Below are positions 43,419 to 55,662 of a DNA stretch of 64,000 nt, in pieces. This DNA comes from the human T2T-CHM13v2.0 reference genome, Homo sapiens. The notes under the pieces were generated by a model. The model saw nothing but the letters and a program-made list of their open reading frames with translations. It did no database searches and was not told the DNA's origin. How positions within the stretch are numbered: position 1 is the first letter of the stretch; each line of letters opens with the position of its first letter. Made by a program: the position numbers and the translations under genes. The DNA lies in the NCBI RefSeq assembly GCF_009914755.1, contig NC_060947.1; one strand, given 5' to 3'.

Positions 43419-44746
43419 TAGAAAGAAGTGCATTGATCATTATGGCTGAATTACTGCTATAATCTTTATATTCTTTTGAAACTCTTCTTTATATTATTAT
43501 ATTACCTATAAAACTGCTTTTTTGTTTTTGATGCTTAGCCTATTTTTGTCTTAATTCAGCAATAATAGTTATTATGTGTATTAATTGTATAATAAATTGA
43601 AGTATACCCTACACTTTTTAGACAATATATCATAGGTGACATTGAACTTAGTTTATGTACATTTATTTAAAATGACATCTACTAACGTACAGATATTGAG
43701 AAAATGTTGAAAAAAGTCTATAATGTCTGCTTCCTCATCTGTAAAATAAATGATTTGTAATAGATTGTCTCCAGGTGTCTTACAAAACTAAAATTTTGTG
43801 TTCTATAATAGACAGAAGTAAAACAAGCAGTTTCAAAGAATGTAAGAATTATACCAATACTTCAGGGAAAAAAATGTCATATCTTTTGAACAATTCACTA
43901 GGTAAGTTACACACTTTGTGATGATAAATACCCAACTTTCTAAGGAACATACTCAGAAAACTTCAAGTGCTATGTTTTCGAGAGAATATTATATAATTGG
44001 TGCTAGAACTGAAATAAAATAAATAGCAGTCTCAGGCAGTTTTATAAGTATTACTATGCTTATTAATAAGCAGCAACCATGTCCCTTCATTTTCTTCTTA
44101 TCACTGAACACAAAATGTAAGGAGAAAATCTTTGTCAAAGTTTTTGAAAAATTTTATTAACATGAAGAGGTCCTTCCCTGTTTCTGTGCTGAACAGTACA
44201 TTTCAATCAGCAACAAAAGTAAGTGGTATCTGTAATTCTGACCATGAGTTTTGTAATACTGTGTGATGACAGCTGAAATATGAGATATGGACCATCAAGT
44301 TTGCTTAACACTGATCACAGCTGCCTTTTCAAATTCAAGAGAACCCAGCATTCTTTTGTTGTCATGAATTAATATATCAATATTAAATAAAATTGAATTT
44401 TTGTGAGAATTTCTTATCTTTTACTCTGTAGGAAATAAACAGCTGTTTTTTTTTCTATTTGAATTAACATTTTGTATTGTCTTTGTTTTCCCTTGTTATA
44501 TTATATCCACTTTTAAAAATGAAAACAATGAGATTCTCCAGGAACTTTGACTTTAGTGGAATGAAAAATTCATCTTGTAGCTGGTTGGTAAAAAAAAAAG
44601 TAAATATTAGAGGAATTAAGAATATATATGGGTTCTTTCCAATGCATGGTGCAATCCTGTCCACAGGTCTTCATTAGCAAATGGTGGTGGTATTTATCTG
44701 AATGGATAGCCAAACAGTTTATTTCCATAAAAATATCAGGGTTTTA

Positions 44747-46585
44747 AACTGGTATAAAAAAAAGGAAGAAAAAGAAAAGAACCCCAAAACCACAGGTTTC
44801 TAGCAATGATGACTGAGTGGGGGCAAGGAAGACTCAACCTAAGTAGTATTTTAACAAATCTGTCATGTTTGAATGGTGAGAGCTCCATGGAAGAAAGGAG
44901 ATGCCAAGTAGTGCTTCAAAGCTTCAGACCACAACCAAAACACAGCATCATTTCAAACAGAAGCAGCAGCCAAACACTGTTCACTTTGATACGGTTCAAC
45001 GATGCTGACATCAATATTTAATCATCTGCTCACTCATCCAGGAAGAAGGGGAGATCAGTTACTACTGTACTTTGATTGTGTTCAACTCAATCATCATGTT
45101 ATAAAAACAGCAAGCTGCCATAATGAAAAATAAAGTTCCTCTATCCAGTACCAGTAATCTTCAGTTCTTCACCTCCAAGCCTACAAACACCATAACCATA
45201 TCCAAAGAACATAGGGGAGCAAAAAAAAACACACCTGATGTATTAGCTGGGACCACGATATTGTTCAGGCTGAGTTATTCCTCTGCAGTCTTATTTTCCT
45301 TATATTTTTGGTGTTTCATCTAATCATAAGGATTTTTAGGTCTAAATTATATGTACTCAAAAAAAATGGGTTTATATATTTATATATAAATTCTGACTGA
45401 AGATGCATAGCCATCAGCCCAGCGCATGTTACATAGTAGGTGCAAGCTTGCAAAGCCTCATTTTTACTGGTATAGCAGCTGTGTGTCAGTGTAAATTCCT
45501 CCTATGTCCCTTGTACATCTCCAAGCTCTGAACAGGAAAATGTTACAGACCATTTTGCCCCTTTGGCTGCTGGCATTATATGACTTAATTCTCCATGTTT
45601 TCCCTCTCCATCTCCCAATCACCTGCAATAAACCATAGCCTTTAAGATTTTGTTTCTTCAGTTTTGATCGTCTGAGGTTTGATTGGTCCAGTTCTAACAG
45701 GTTTGGTGGCTATGGATGGTGCAGGGGGTGACTTTTCTTCTACTTTTCCGTGACAGACACCAGGAGGGTTGGCCAGTGTTTCAGGAGTTTTACTTGAATC
45801 ACACCAGTTTTTAGCTGATGTTCATGAAGAACAGTGACTACCTAGAACTGTGCCCCTAATTAAAGGAAATCCTAAGAAGGTGCATTTCTTTACAGAGCTG
45901 TGTCATGCCGTCCTTTGGGCCCCCTTCTGGAAAAGTAGAATCAACTCTCGAATAATGCCTTTTTAATTGTATCCTCTAGTATTATAGATATAGGACAGTA
46001 CTGTATCATACCTCTGTGAATGTAAAATATCTTGTACTTGCTTTATGATACTTAGTAGTGACCATACTTTATAAGAGCTGTTTTTAATTAGGTTATTCTA
46101 GAATGTTTTCTTTCCACATGATGATTCAGAAGCTAATTTTAAAAAATGGTGCCAGGTACCACAACAGTAACAGAACTTTGTAGTTTTCTGGGGTTTTGTT
46201 TTTTACCTCCCCCCGCCATTTTTTTAAATGGAGTGTGCTGGATGTCTCTATAATTTTGTTCAGATGACCGCAGAACCTGGAAAAACTGTTGCTGCTATTG
46301 ATCCGTAACATACTGCTGTTATTGATCTATATATATATATGCACACATATATATAATTTCAATTTTTGGAAACTTTAGATGTGCTGTCAACTTTGGAAAA
46401 AGTACCCCAGTTTACTGTGTTGAGTTGGCATTGTACAGAAATTAACGGCCATATTGGTCTACAAACATTAAACTTATTTTTTTCGATTTGTACAGGGGTA
46501 ACACACTGTATTAAATATGTAAGGTCTTATGTACATGGGTTTGATTACAGAAACTAATAAAGTATTCTCTAAATAATGAAAAAAA
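44747..46585 (+). pseudogene. PRRC2C: Processed pseudogene (retrocopy) of the PRRC2C 3' end with 5' inversion
   Basis: TSD aaaaatatcagggtttta (44729-44746) / aaaaaaatcagggtttta (46580-46597). AATAAA at 46556-46561 is followed by an A-run. The inverted arm 44747-45802 contains the PRRC2C C-terminal codons and proximal UTR; the sense arm 45803-46585 is distal UTR. The symbol denotes the parent gene. Confidence 0.88.
45642..45800 (-). pseudogene. PRRC2C: Residual PRRC2C C-terminal coding fragment (52 codons plus TAA)
   Basis: Hand translation gives DSSKTPETLANPPGVCHGKVEEKSPPAPSIATKPVRTGPIKPQTIKTEETKS*. The recalled PRRC2C C-terminus ends ...PAPSIATKPVRTGPIKPQAIKTEETKS. No start codon. Confidence 0.88.
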
Positions 46586-46692
46586 ATCAGGGTTTTAGCC
46601 ACATAATCAGCAACATTGGTATATGCATGAAACTGTGCTAAATAGCATAAAGGAATGCAAAAGCCCTGCCCTAGTATGAGAAACAAGAAATG

Positions 46693-46693
<1 letters not shown>

Positions 46694-46731
<38 letters not shown>
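46694..46731 (+). repeat. (AC)n microsatellite
   Basis: About 19 units read directly. Confidence 0.95.
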
Positions 46732-46733
<2 letters not shown>

Positions 46734-46924
46734 AAACACATACACAAACAATATAAACATTGATAGTTGACAAGCAGAACTTAATGGAGAATGACAACGT
46801 GAGAATCGTGCCCCATAGGCATTTATTTTAAAAGCTGATTTGCCTGGAGTAAGGCAAATTTTGAAAGTGTCAACTTTTTATCAAGCAATTTTAACATGTA
46901 CATGTAATTCCTTTATGTAAACTA

Positions 46925-47085
46925 TTTAAATCTCATGCAATCTTATGAAGCAGGTATTATTTTCTCCCAATTTTATAGGTTAAGAAACTGAGGTTTATGG
47001 GGATTAAGTCATTTAATCAAGATAAAATAGCTAGCAAGTGATAAAGTTAGTTTTTTAAATCTAGGCCTATATGCCCACTGATCTA
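46925..47085 (-). mobile_element. MIR
   Basis: aggtattattttctcccaattttataggttaagaaactgaggttt...aagtcatttaatcaagat is the MIR core in reverse. Confidence 0.7.
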
Positions 47086-47164
47086 GAATTCTTAATAAAT
47101 AGAGATGCTACACTTTCTAAATTCCCCTGTATATTTCATTAGAAAAAAGATCTTATTTGTTTTC

Positions 47165-47250
47165 TTTATTATTCTATTTTTTGTGTCCAGCAAAATTCCA
47201 GGTATATATATTAGATATACAAGAAATATTTGTAGAGTGAATGAATGATC
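47165..47250 (+). mobile_element. L2 3' end fragment
   Basis: gtgtccagcaaaattccagg...aagaaatatttgtagagtgaatgaatga resembles an L2 terminus. Confidence 0.55.
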
Positions 47251-47529
47251 AGTAAAAGCATAAAATATGGAGGCTTTTAAGAAAAAAGACAGAAAAGAAT
47301 AAGCCCAAAATGTATATAGCATATGGTTCACTGACCACTATAAATAAGATATAGACATAAAATTCACTAAATATAGAAAAATAAAATAGAAGAAGTAGAA
47401 TTGCCCAAGTTAGCCCTGGTAGCAGGAGATTTGGCAAAGAACCTCTATCAAGTGGATGAAGAAAGCAGAGATTTTTAAAAAGAAAAAAAAATGGAGAAAG
47501 ATGACATTGGCATTAGCTCATTTGAAAAT

Positions 47530-49250
47530 AATGTTTTCTTTAGAATATCTTTAAATTTTCAGAAAAGTTGCAAATACAGTTCAGAGTATTCCCATGTATT
47601 CAACACCCAGTTTCCCCCCTTATATTAATAAATTGCCTTTGTAAGGCACATTTGTCAAAACTGACAAATCAATATTGATACATTACTGTTAATTAAAGCC
47701 CATACTTTTTTCAATTTTCTTAATTTTAACTAATGTGTTTTTTCTATTACAAGACTTCATGCAGGATATCACATTATACTAGTTATCATGTCCCCTTAGG
47801 CTCCTCTTGTCTATGACAGATTCTTAGAATTTCTTTGTTTTTGATGACATTGGCAGGTTTGTAAAGTACTAATCAAGTAATTTGTAGAATGTCATTTAAT
47901 TGGAATATGTCTAATTATTTGTCACATGAGTAGACTGGTTATGTTTTTTTTTTCCAGAAGATTGTGGAGGTAAAGTGTCTTTTGTATCACATTATATCAA
48001 GGGTACATGCTATGAACACACTTTCTCACTGGCAATGTTAACCTTGATCACTAGGCAAAGTTAGTGTTTGTCAGGGTTCTTCAACTATAAAAGTCAGTAT
48101 TTTTACCCCTTCACGTACTATACAGTTCAAAAGAATGTCCTCATGTTCGGCCAACACTTATGAAGTGGAGCTCCTTGTGGGGGTAGTATCTAATTTAAAT
48201 TATTTGGAATTCTTCTGAATGGGACATTTGTTCATTGTCCCTCATTTAGTTACTTATTCATTTATTTATGTCAATGTGGACTCATACATATTTGTTTTTT
48301 CCTTATGTTATACTACAATGTAATTTATTCATTTTGTTTTTCAAATTCTTCCACCTTTGGTTATTGAGATCTCTTTCTTTGTTTTGTTTTGTTTTGTTTT
48401 GTGTTTGTTTTGAGTCAGGGTCTTGCTCTATTGCCCAGGCTGAAGTGCAGATGTGTGATCATTGTTCACTGCAGTCTCAAACTCTGGGGTCTAAATTATC
48501 CTCCTGCCTCAGGTCCCACATAACTGGGACTATAGGCATGTGCCACCACACACAGTCAGGTGTTTTATATTTTGCACAAGTTCAGTCTTGCTCTGTTGCC
48601 CAGACTGTTATGGAAATCCTGGCCTAAACTAATCCTCCTTCCTCAGTCTCCAAAAGTGCTGGAATTACATGGGTGAGCCACTATTCACAGCTGGGAGCTC
48701 TTTAAGTAAACTCCTATGCTAATTTGGCATACCCAATCATTGTGCATGTGTGTGTTTCCTATCATGTAATTGTTGAGTATTTCCTTTACTTTCTGTCATT
48801 ACACAATGCTCTAAGTTTATCTTCTATAGTTTTTAAAATGTCCTAAAATCCATTATTTCCCAGGTAAATCTGCTCCTGTTTATTGGATAAAGGTACTAAA
48901 AACCAGACCAAGTTTATTGGATCTGGTTTCTGGGTGTTCTTATTGTTATTGATGTATCCTTTTTTCAAGGTCTTCTCAGCTAGCAGAGCAATAGGGGTAT
49001 GCGTGTATGCTAGCACATGTGTGTAAAAATATTTATCAATCTAAGGTTACTCATTTATCATCTCTATCTATATGAAGTAATTATTAGTTCATACTTTTGT
49101 TTCTAAGTAATCAATTACAACAATGATAAATCTAGTTATTTTTATTTGCTTGTTCTCCAGAAGTAAGAAACAAGGCTATCATCATCTGACATTCATTTAC
49201 TTGTTTATTCTAGCACGCATTTATACTAGTTTCAGAATTGTTAGTCCATA
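47530..49250 (-). mobile_element. Old L1MC-type 3' UTR
   Basis: agaaaagttgcaaatacagt...acacccagtttcccc...aatgttaaccttgatcac...gtgtttgtcaggg. Confidence 0.7.
48378..48692 (-). mobile_element. Diverged AluJ-like element
   Basis: Reverse Alu (tgagtcagggtcttgctctattgcccaggctg...aaagtgctggaattaca) with a (TTTTG)n tail. Confidence 0.85.
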
Positions 49251-49261
49251 CCTTATCAATC

Positions 49262-52200
49262 AAAATACACCTGACATGCCCTACAAGAAATGCTAGAAAG
49301 AGTTCTTCAAGCCAAAATGAAAGCATACTACATGTTAATGTGAAGCCAGATGAAAATATAACTATATTTAGTGACGTTAAATACATCAACAGTATGAAAA
49401 CCAAGATTATTGTAATATAAATTTTTCTTCAGAATTTAAAAAAACAAAATGCATAAAAATGTATGTCTATCTTAATGAATGCACAATATATAAAGATGTA
49501 CTTTGTGATATTAATAATACATAGCAGTAGGGCAGAGAGATAAAGTAGAGTCTATATATGCAAATAAAGTTTAATTGATATCAATTTAAAATAGATTGTT
49601 GTGACTTTAAGGTATTATATTCAATCCCTATAATAACCACAAGGAAAATATCTATGAAATATACACAAAAAGAAATAAGAAGAGAATTAAAACATGCTAT
49701 AACAAAAACTCAACTAAACAAGAGAAAGAAGAAGTAATGGAGGGAATGATGAATGCAAAAATTAATAAGCATATAGAAAATGATAACGAGATTGCAATAT
49801 AAGCCCCTACCTATAAGGATTTTTAAAAAATATAAATGGACTAAATCCCTCAATTGAAAGGCATAGATAAGTGGGTGAATTGTTTTAAAATAATCCAATT
49901 ACATTCTGTGTACAAGAAACTCATTATAGTGGAAAATAAAAAGATGGGAAATATATTCCATGCAAATTAATAACCAAAGAAGTGTAGTAGTGGCTATACT
50001 AATATTAGAATAAAATAGTCTTTATGTAAAAAAACTGTTATGAGACAAAAAAAGAACATTATATGTTGATAGGAGGTTTAACTAACCAAGAATATATAAC
50101 AATTATAAACAAATATGCACCAAACATCAAAGCTCCAAAGTATGTAAAGCAAACATTCACAGAACTGAACAAATATATAGAAAATTCTACAATAATAGCT
50201 GGAGACATAAACAGGAGTAGATCATTCGATAACAGAAAGAGCACACAAAAAATTGGTAGAGACTAGGAAAGTTCATAGTACTACAGACCAAGTTGACATA
50301 ATAGACATACAGAATGCTCCTCACATTGAGAACTGAATATACATTTTCTTCAAGTGATTATGGAACAATCTTCAGGAAATTTCATATTTTACACCCCGAA
50401 ACAAGTTTCAATAAATTTTTAAAGACTAAAATTCAACAAATATCATATCTGAACTCAGTGGAATACAACCAGAAATCAAGAACGAAAGGAACAATGGAAA
50501 ATTCACAAATATGTGAAAACTGAAAAAAAACACTCTTGACCAACCAATAGATCTAGGAAGTAACTATTAAAAATATTTTAAAAATCATGGGAGAAATGAA
50601 AATTAAATACAACAAGCCAAAAGGTATGAGATGCAGCAAAAAAAAGTAATAAGAAGACAATTTAGAACTATAAGCAATTATATTAAAAGGGAAGAAAAAT
50701 CTCAAATCAGAAGTCTAATTTTATACCTTAAGAAACTAGGAAAAGAAAAGTTTAAACACAAATCTAGCAGAAGGATGAAAATAACAAAAATAAGACAGGA
50801 GACAAACAATACAGATAATTTAAAAATTGAGAAAATTGATAACATCATGAGATGATTCTTGTAAAAAGATAAACAAATTGAGAAGGCTTTAGCTTCACTG
50901 ACTAAGCAAAAAAAGATAATACTCAAATACCTAATTCAGGCATAATAGAGAAGACATGACTATTGACTTTATAGAAATAAACAGGATTGCCAGATGTTAC
51001 TATGTTATAAAAACCTATAGCTATTAAGAAGATTGAAACAGTAATTAAAAACTTTACAACAAAGAAAATCCCCAAACATTTGACTTCACTGGTAAATTCT
51101 ATAACACATTTGAAGAACTAACACCAGTCCTTCTTAATCTCTTTTAAAAATTTAAGAGTATAGAATATTTTCAAACTCATACTGTGAGGTCAGCATGGCC
51201 CTGATAACAAAGACAAAGGCATTATCAAAACACTGTAAACCATTATCTCTGATGGATGTTGATAAAAAAAATCCTCAAAAATTACTCACAATGTAAAAGT
51301 GATGGCATATTAAACGGATTATAAACCATGAACAGGTAGTATTAACTGCTAAAATCTAAGGATGCTCTACCATACTAAAATCAATTAATGTAATACGCCA
51401 CATTAACAGAATAAAGGGGAAAATAATATCAATCATCTTACTTGTTGCAGAACAAAATTTATTTCAACATCACTTGATTCAAAAAGTTAAAGCTAGGAAA
51501 CAAAGAAAACTATTTCAACATAATAAAATTCATATATAAAAAACACAGTTAACATAATCAATGGTGAAAGACTAAAAGCTTTTCTTCTAAAATCAGGAAA
51601 AAGACAAGGATGTCTCCTTTCATAATTTTTATTTTATTTTATTTTATTCAATTTTATTTTTATAGTATGGGAAGTCCTAGTTAAAAGAGTTAAGCAAAAA
51701 TAAATAAATAAATAAATAAAGTAGAAGTCTTCCAAATTGGAAAGGAAGCAGTAAAATTGTGTCTGTTTGCAAATGGCATTATCTTAAATGCAGAAAACTT
51801 GAAAGATTCCACCAAAAATACCCCTAATAGAACAAATAAATGAATTCAGCAAATTGTAGGACACAAAATGAATATGCAAATATTACTTGTGTTTGTATAC
51901 ATTAACAATGAACAATTCAAAAAGAAATTCATTTACAAGTTCAAAAAATAAAACATTTAGAAATCAACTTAACCAAAGAGGTGAACAATTGTACATTAAA
52001 AACTACTGGCTAGGCATGTTGGCTCATGCCTGTACTCTCAACACTTTGGGAGGCTGAGACAGGAGGATTGCTTGATGACAGGAGGTTGAGAACAGCCTGG
52101 GCAATAGTAAGACTCCATCTCTACAAAACAGACAAACAAAAAACTACAAAATTTTGCTGAAAGAAATTAAACAAGACACCAATACATGGAAAGACATACC

Positions 52201-52410
52201 TTATTTATAGGTTGAAAAACATATTTTCAAAATGAAAATACTATACAAAATTATCTACAAATTAAATACAAACCCTGTCAAAGTCCTAATGATGTTATTT
52301 TAGAAGTAGAAAAATCCACTCTACAATTTACATGAAATCTCAAAGGACTGCCTAGCCACAATATTGAAGAAGAAAAAGAAAATAGTTGGAGATCCCAGAC
52401 TTCCTAATTT
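49262..52410 (+). mobile_element. Old L1M: ORF1 end, inter-ORF region and ORF2
   Basis: ORF 50063-50266 (QEYITIINKYAPNIKAPKYVKQ...TIIAGD) is endonuclease-like. RT-region motifs continue to 52410. Confidence 0.8.
52008..52138 (+). mobile_element. Alu monomer (FLAM-like)
   Basis: Single Alu arm with an A-rich tail and TSD aaaaactac. Confidence 0.8.
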
Positions 52411-52411
52411 C

Positions 52412-53917
52412 TCCAGATATTTAGGAATTTGAAGGATTCTTATCTTGGTCCTGTGGTTAAAAAAAATAAAAAAGCATTTTCAGGAGAGGAACCAAAGATA
52501 TGGCCAAAGGACCATTTGTTAAGGATATTAGTGGGGATATAACAAAACTGCGCATTATTCATTAGGACAACAGAATAATGAATTTAAAGGCACTTTGGAA
52601 ATTACTCCTGCCATCCCTCCCACCACAGGCTCAGAAAGCCAAGACCTGGAAAATAAAAATATGTCAAGAGAGGCCTAGGGTGCCCTAAAGATTTTCTGGC
52701 TTGCTGCTTAGGGCCACCTCAAGTCTCTGCTTCCCGCATTCTAACAGGGCACTGCTGGTTGGCCAAGGGAGCCAAGGTGGCACTTGGACCACTGCTCCCC
52801 AGGGAATGGATACTTAGCTTTGGTATTGTCCATGTGATCCTAGCTCTGCAGTGTCACAGACTGCTCAAGCTATAGAGCCATGGTGGTCTCCACCTAGGTA
52901 TTAATGAATGTATCAGATAACCTGCGGACCCAAACAGATACCTGCTGCAGGGGTAGGGTCACCAGAGAGTTACCATTAGGGCTATGCCTACAGAAGCTAT
53001 AGAGTAGGATTACTTCCAAGGCCCCAGAACTGAAAGCAACCAGTGTGCATTGCTGGTCGGGAAGAGCTGTAGGCATGAAACATCAACCTGTAAGAACTGC
53101 TGCATGGGCTGAGCTCAGCATAGCTATAAGGGTGAGGGTGCCCAAGATGATGGGGGCTGAACCCTCACCCAAGTGTGCCCAGAAGGCAGGATATGGGGTC
53201 AAGAAAGATTATTCTGGAGCCTTAATATTTGATGTTATTTGCACTGTTGGGTTTAAAACTTATTTGTGACCAGTTACCACCTTTTTTTCTTGTTTATTTC
53301 TCCCTTTTAGGATGGAAATGTCTATCATATGCCTGTCCCACCATTGCATTTTAGAAGTAGATAACTTGTTTGATTTCACAGGCTTACAAATGAAGGGAAA
53401 TTTGGCTCAGGATAAACCATGTCTTCAGTCTCACCAATATCTGATTTAGATTCTACTCAAGACTGAACTTTGATCTACTGCTGGAAAGATTTAAGACGTT
53501 TCTACTGAATAGAATAAATGCATTTTTTTATATGAGAAGGACATGAGTTTTGGAAATCAGGTGTAGAATGCTATGGTTTGAATGGCTGTCCTCTCCAAAT
53601 CTCATGTTGAAATTCTAATTGCTATTGTAAGAGCATTAAGATACGGAAACCTTAAAAGATGATTAAGCCATGATGATTTCACCCTCATGGGTGAGATTGT
53701 TGCTGATATAAGAAGGAGAGTTCAGCCCCCTCTTGTCCTCTTTCTCACCCTCTCACATTCCTTCATGTGATGACACAGCAAGAAGTCCCTCATAAGATCT
53801 TGGCACCTTGATATTAGACTTTTGAGCCTTCAGAAATGTGAGCCAATAAATTTCTCTTCATTACAAATTACCCAGTCTCAGATATTCTGTTATCACAGCA
53901 CAAAACAGACTGAGACA
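52412..53917 (+). mobile_element. MaLR: MST-type internal 3' part plus LTR (53569-53917)
   Basis: Internal aagattattctggagccttaatatttgatg...ggacatgagttttgg is followed by tgctatggtttgaatg...aataaatttctcttcattacaaattacccagtctcag...agactgagaca. Confidence 0.8.
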
Positions 53918-55390
53918 CCAGGATTTATGAGCTCAAGAAACAAGAGGTAGAAATGGGAGTGCCACCACTTCCACTAAAATCTCTATTTCCTCTCTAGAAA
54001 AATTTGCGCCTATGTTTCCTGTGACTTTATGCTTTTCTGTCCTAGAGTTTTTAGTTCCAGAGGGAGAAATGCTTCCAGCAGAAGACACAGTACTTCTATC
54101 GAACTGCACATTGACACTATCACCCAGCTCCAAGGGGCTCCTCATATGCTTCTGAAGTAACAGGCAAGCAAGGAAGGTTTGATGTTGACTGGCATAATTA
54201 ATCTTGACTGACAACAGAAAAGTGGACTATTATTCCACAGTGGAGGTAATGGAGAGTATGTTTGGAATATAGATTTCTTAAATTGTCTCTTGTTATTACC
54301 ATGACCTGTAATTAAAGTCAGAAAACTACAACAACCCAGTCCAGGCAGGACTCTGAATCGCCCAAAGATTTCAGGAATGAAGCCTTAGGTAACTCCATCA
54401 GAACAATAATCAGCTGAGGTGCTTAGTGAAGGCAAAGTGAATACAGAATGGGTAAAAAAAGAAGGTAATTAGAAATATTAGCTGTGAACATGTAACCAGT
54501 TAGAAGAACTACAAACGCCATGGGTATTTACTCCTTATTTTGTTATGAATATATTTGTTTGTATATATACATATATTAAGCAAATATCATTGTTTTCTTT
54601 CCTTTCTTATTCCCTTATGTAACATATGATATATTGACTTTTTATCAGTAATTATTAATTTTGAATCATAGTATTAAGTTATAGGTTATCAGGAAAAGAC
54701 TAAACCTAACTGAAGTGTTTTATATGTTCTTTTGGAGAAAGAATTAGTGTGTTTTCAGTTGTACACAGGATAGCTGTATCATGACAGGTAAAATTTTGAC
54801 CTTGTTATTGGTTTTATTTGGAGATTAAGTATGCTTTAAGAAGATGCAAGTAGGGGCCATTTTGACAAGGGATGGATTTATGATGGTTAATTTTATGTGT
54901 CAACTTGACTGGGCTAAGGCACGTCTAGATAGCTGGTAAAACACTATTTCTGTAAGCGTGTTCCCAGAAGAGATCAGCACTCGAATTGGTGAATCAATTA
55001 AAGTAGATAGCCTGGTTCAATGTATGTGGGCATCATCCAAGCAGATGAGGGCCTGAATAGAACAAAGCAACAGACGAAATATAAATTCACTCTGCTTGAG
55101 CTGAGGCATTCAACTTCTGCCCTCGGACATCAGTTCTCCTGCGTCTCAGGATTTCAGACTCAGACTAGGGTTTATACCATCCATGGGCCGCCTAATTCTC
55201 AAGCCTTTAAACCTGGACCGAATAATACCACTGACTTTCCTGGTTCTCCAGTTTGCAGATGGCAGATCATGGGAGTTCTAGCCCCTGCCTAACCATATGG
55301 GCCAATTGCTGTAATAAATCTCCTCTTATTTATCTGCATCCATATCTATATCTATATCTTACTGATTCTTTCTGAAGAACCCTGATATAG
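53918..55390 (+). mobile_element. HERV-L-type internal 3' region (decayed dUTPase) plus MLT2 LTR (54880-55390)
   Basis: ctagagtttttagttccagagggagaaatgcttccagcagaagacaca (LEFLVPEGEMLPAEDT) resembles ERVL dUTPase. A polypurine-tract-like gacaagggatgga precedes tgatggttaattttatgtgtcaacttgactggg. Confidence 0.8.
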
Positions 55391-55662
55391 TTGTATAACT
55401 GTAAATTTACCAAAAATCACTAAATTTTACACACTTTAAATGGGTGAATTATATGGTATGTAATTGTAACTTGATAATGTTATTTTTTTAAAGTACCAAT
55501 AGCCTAATACACATAAAAAAGCTATTTACAGATATAAAAAAGGGAAAACCTCATTTATACTAGTAGCAGCAACAACAAAACATACAAATTAACATAAAAA
55601 TGTTTAAAGCATTTAAAAAGAAAATCTCAAAACCTTTCTAAAGACACAAAAATAATCAGAAA

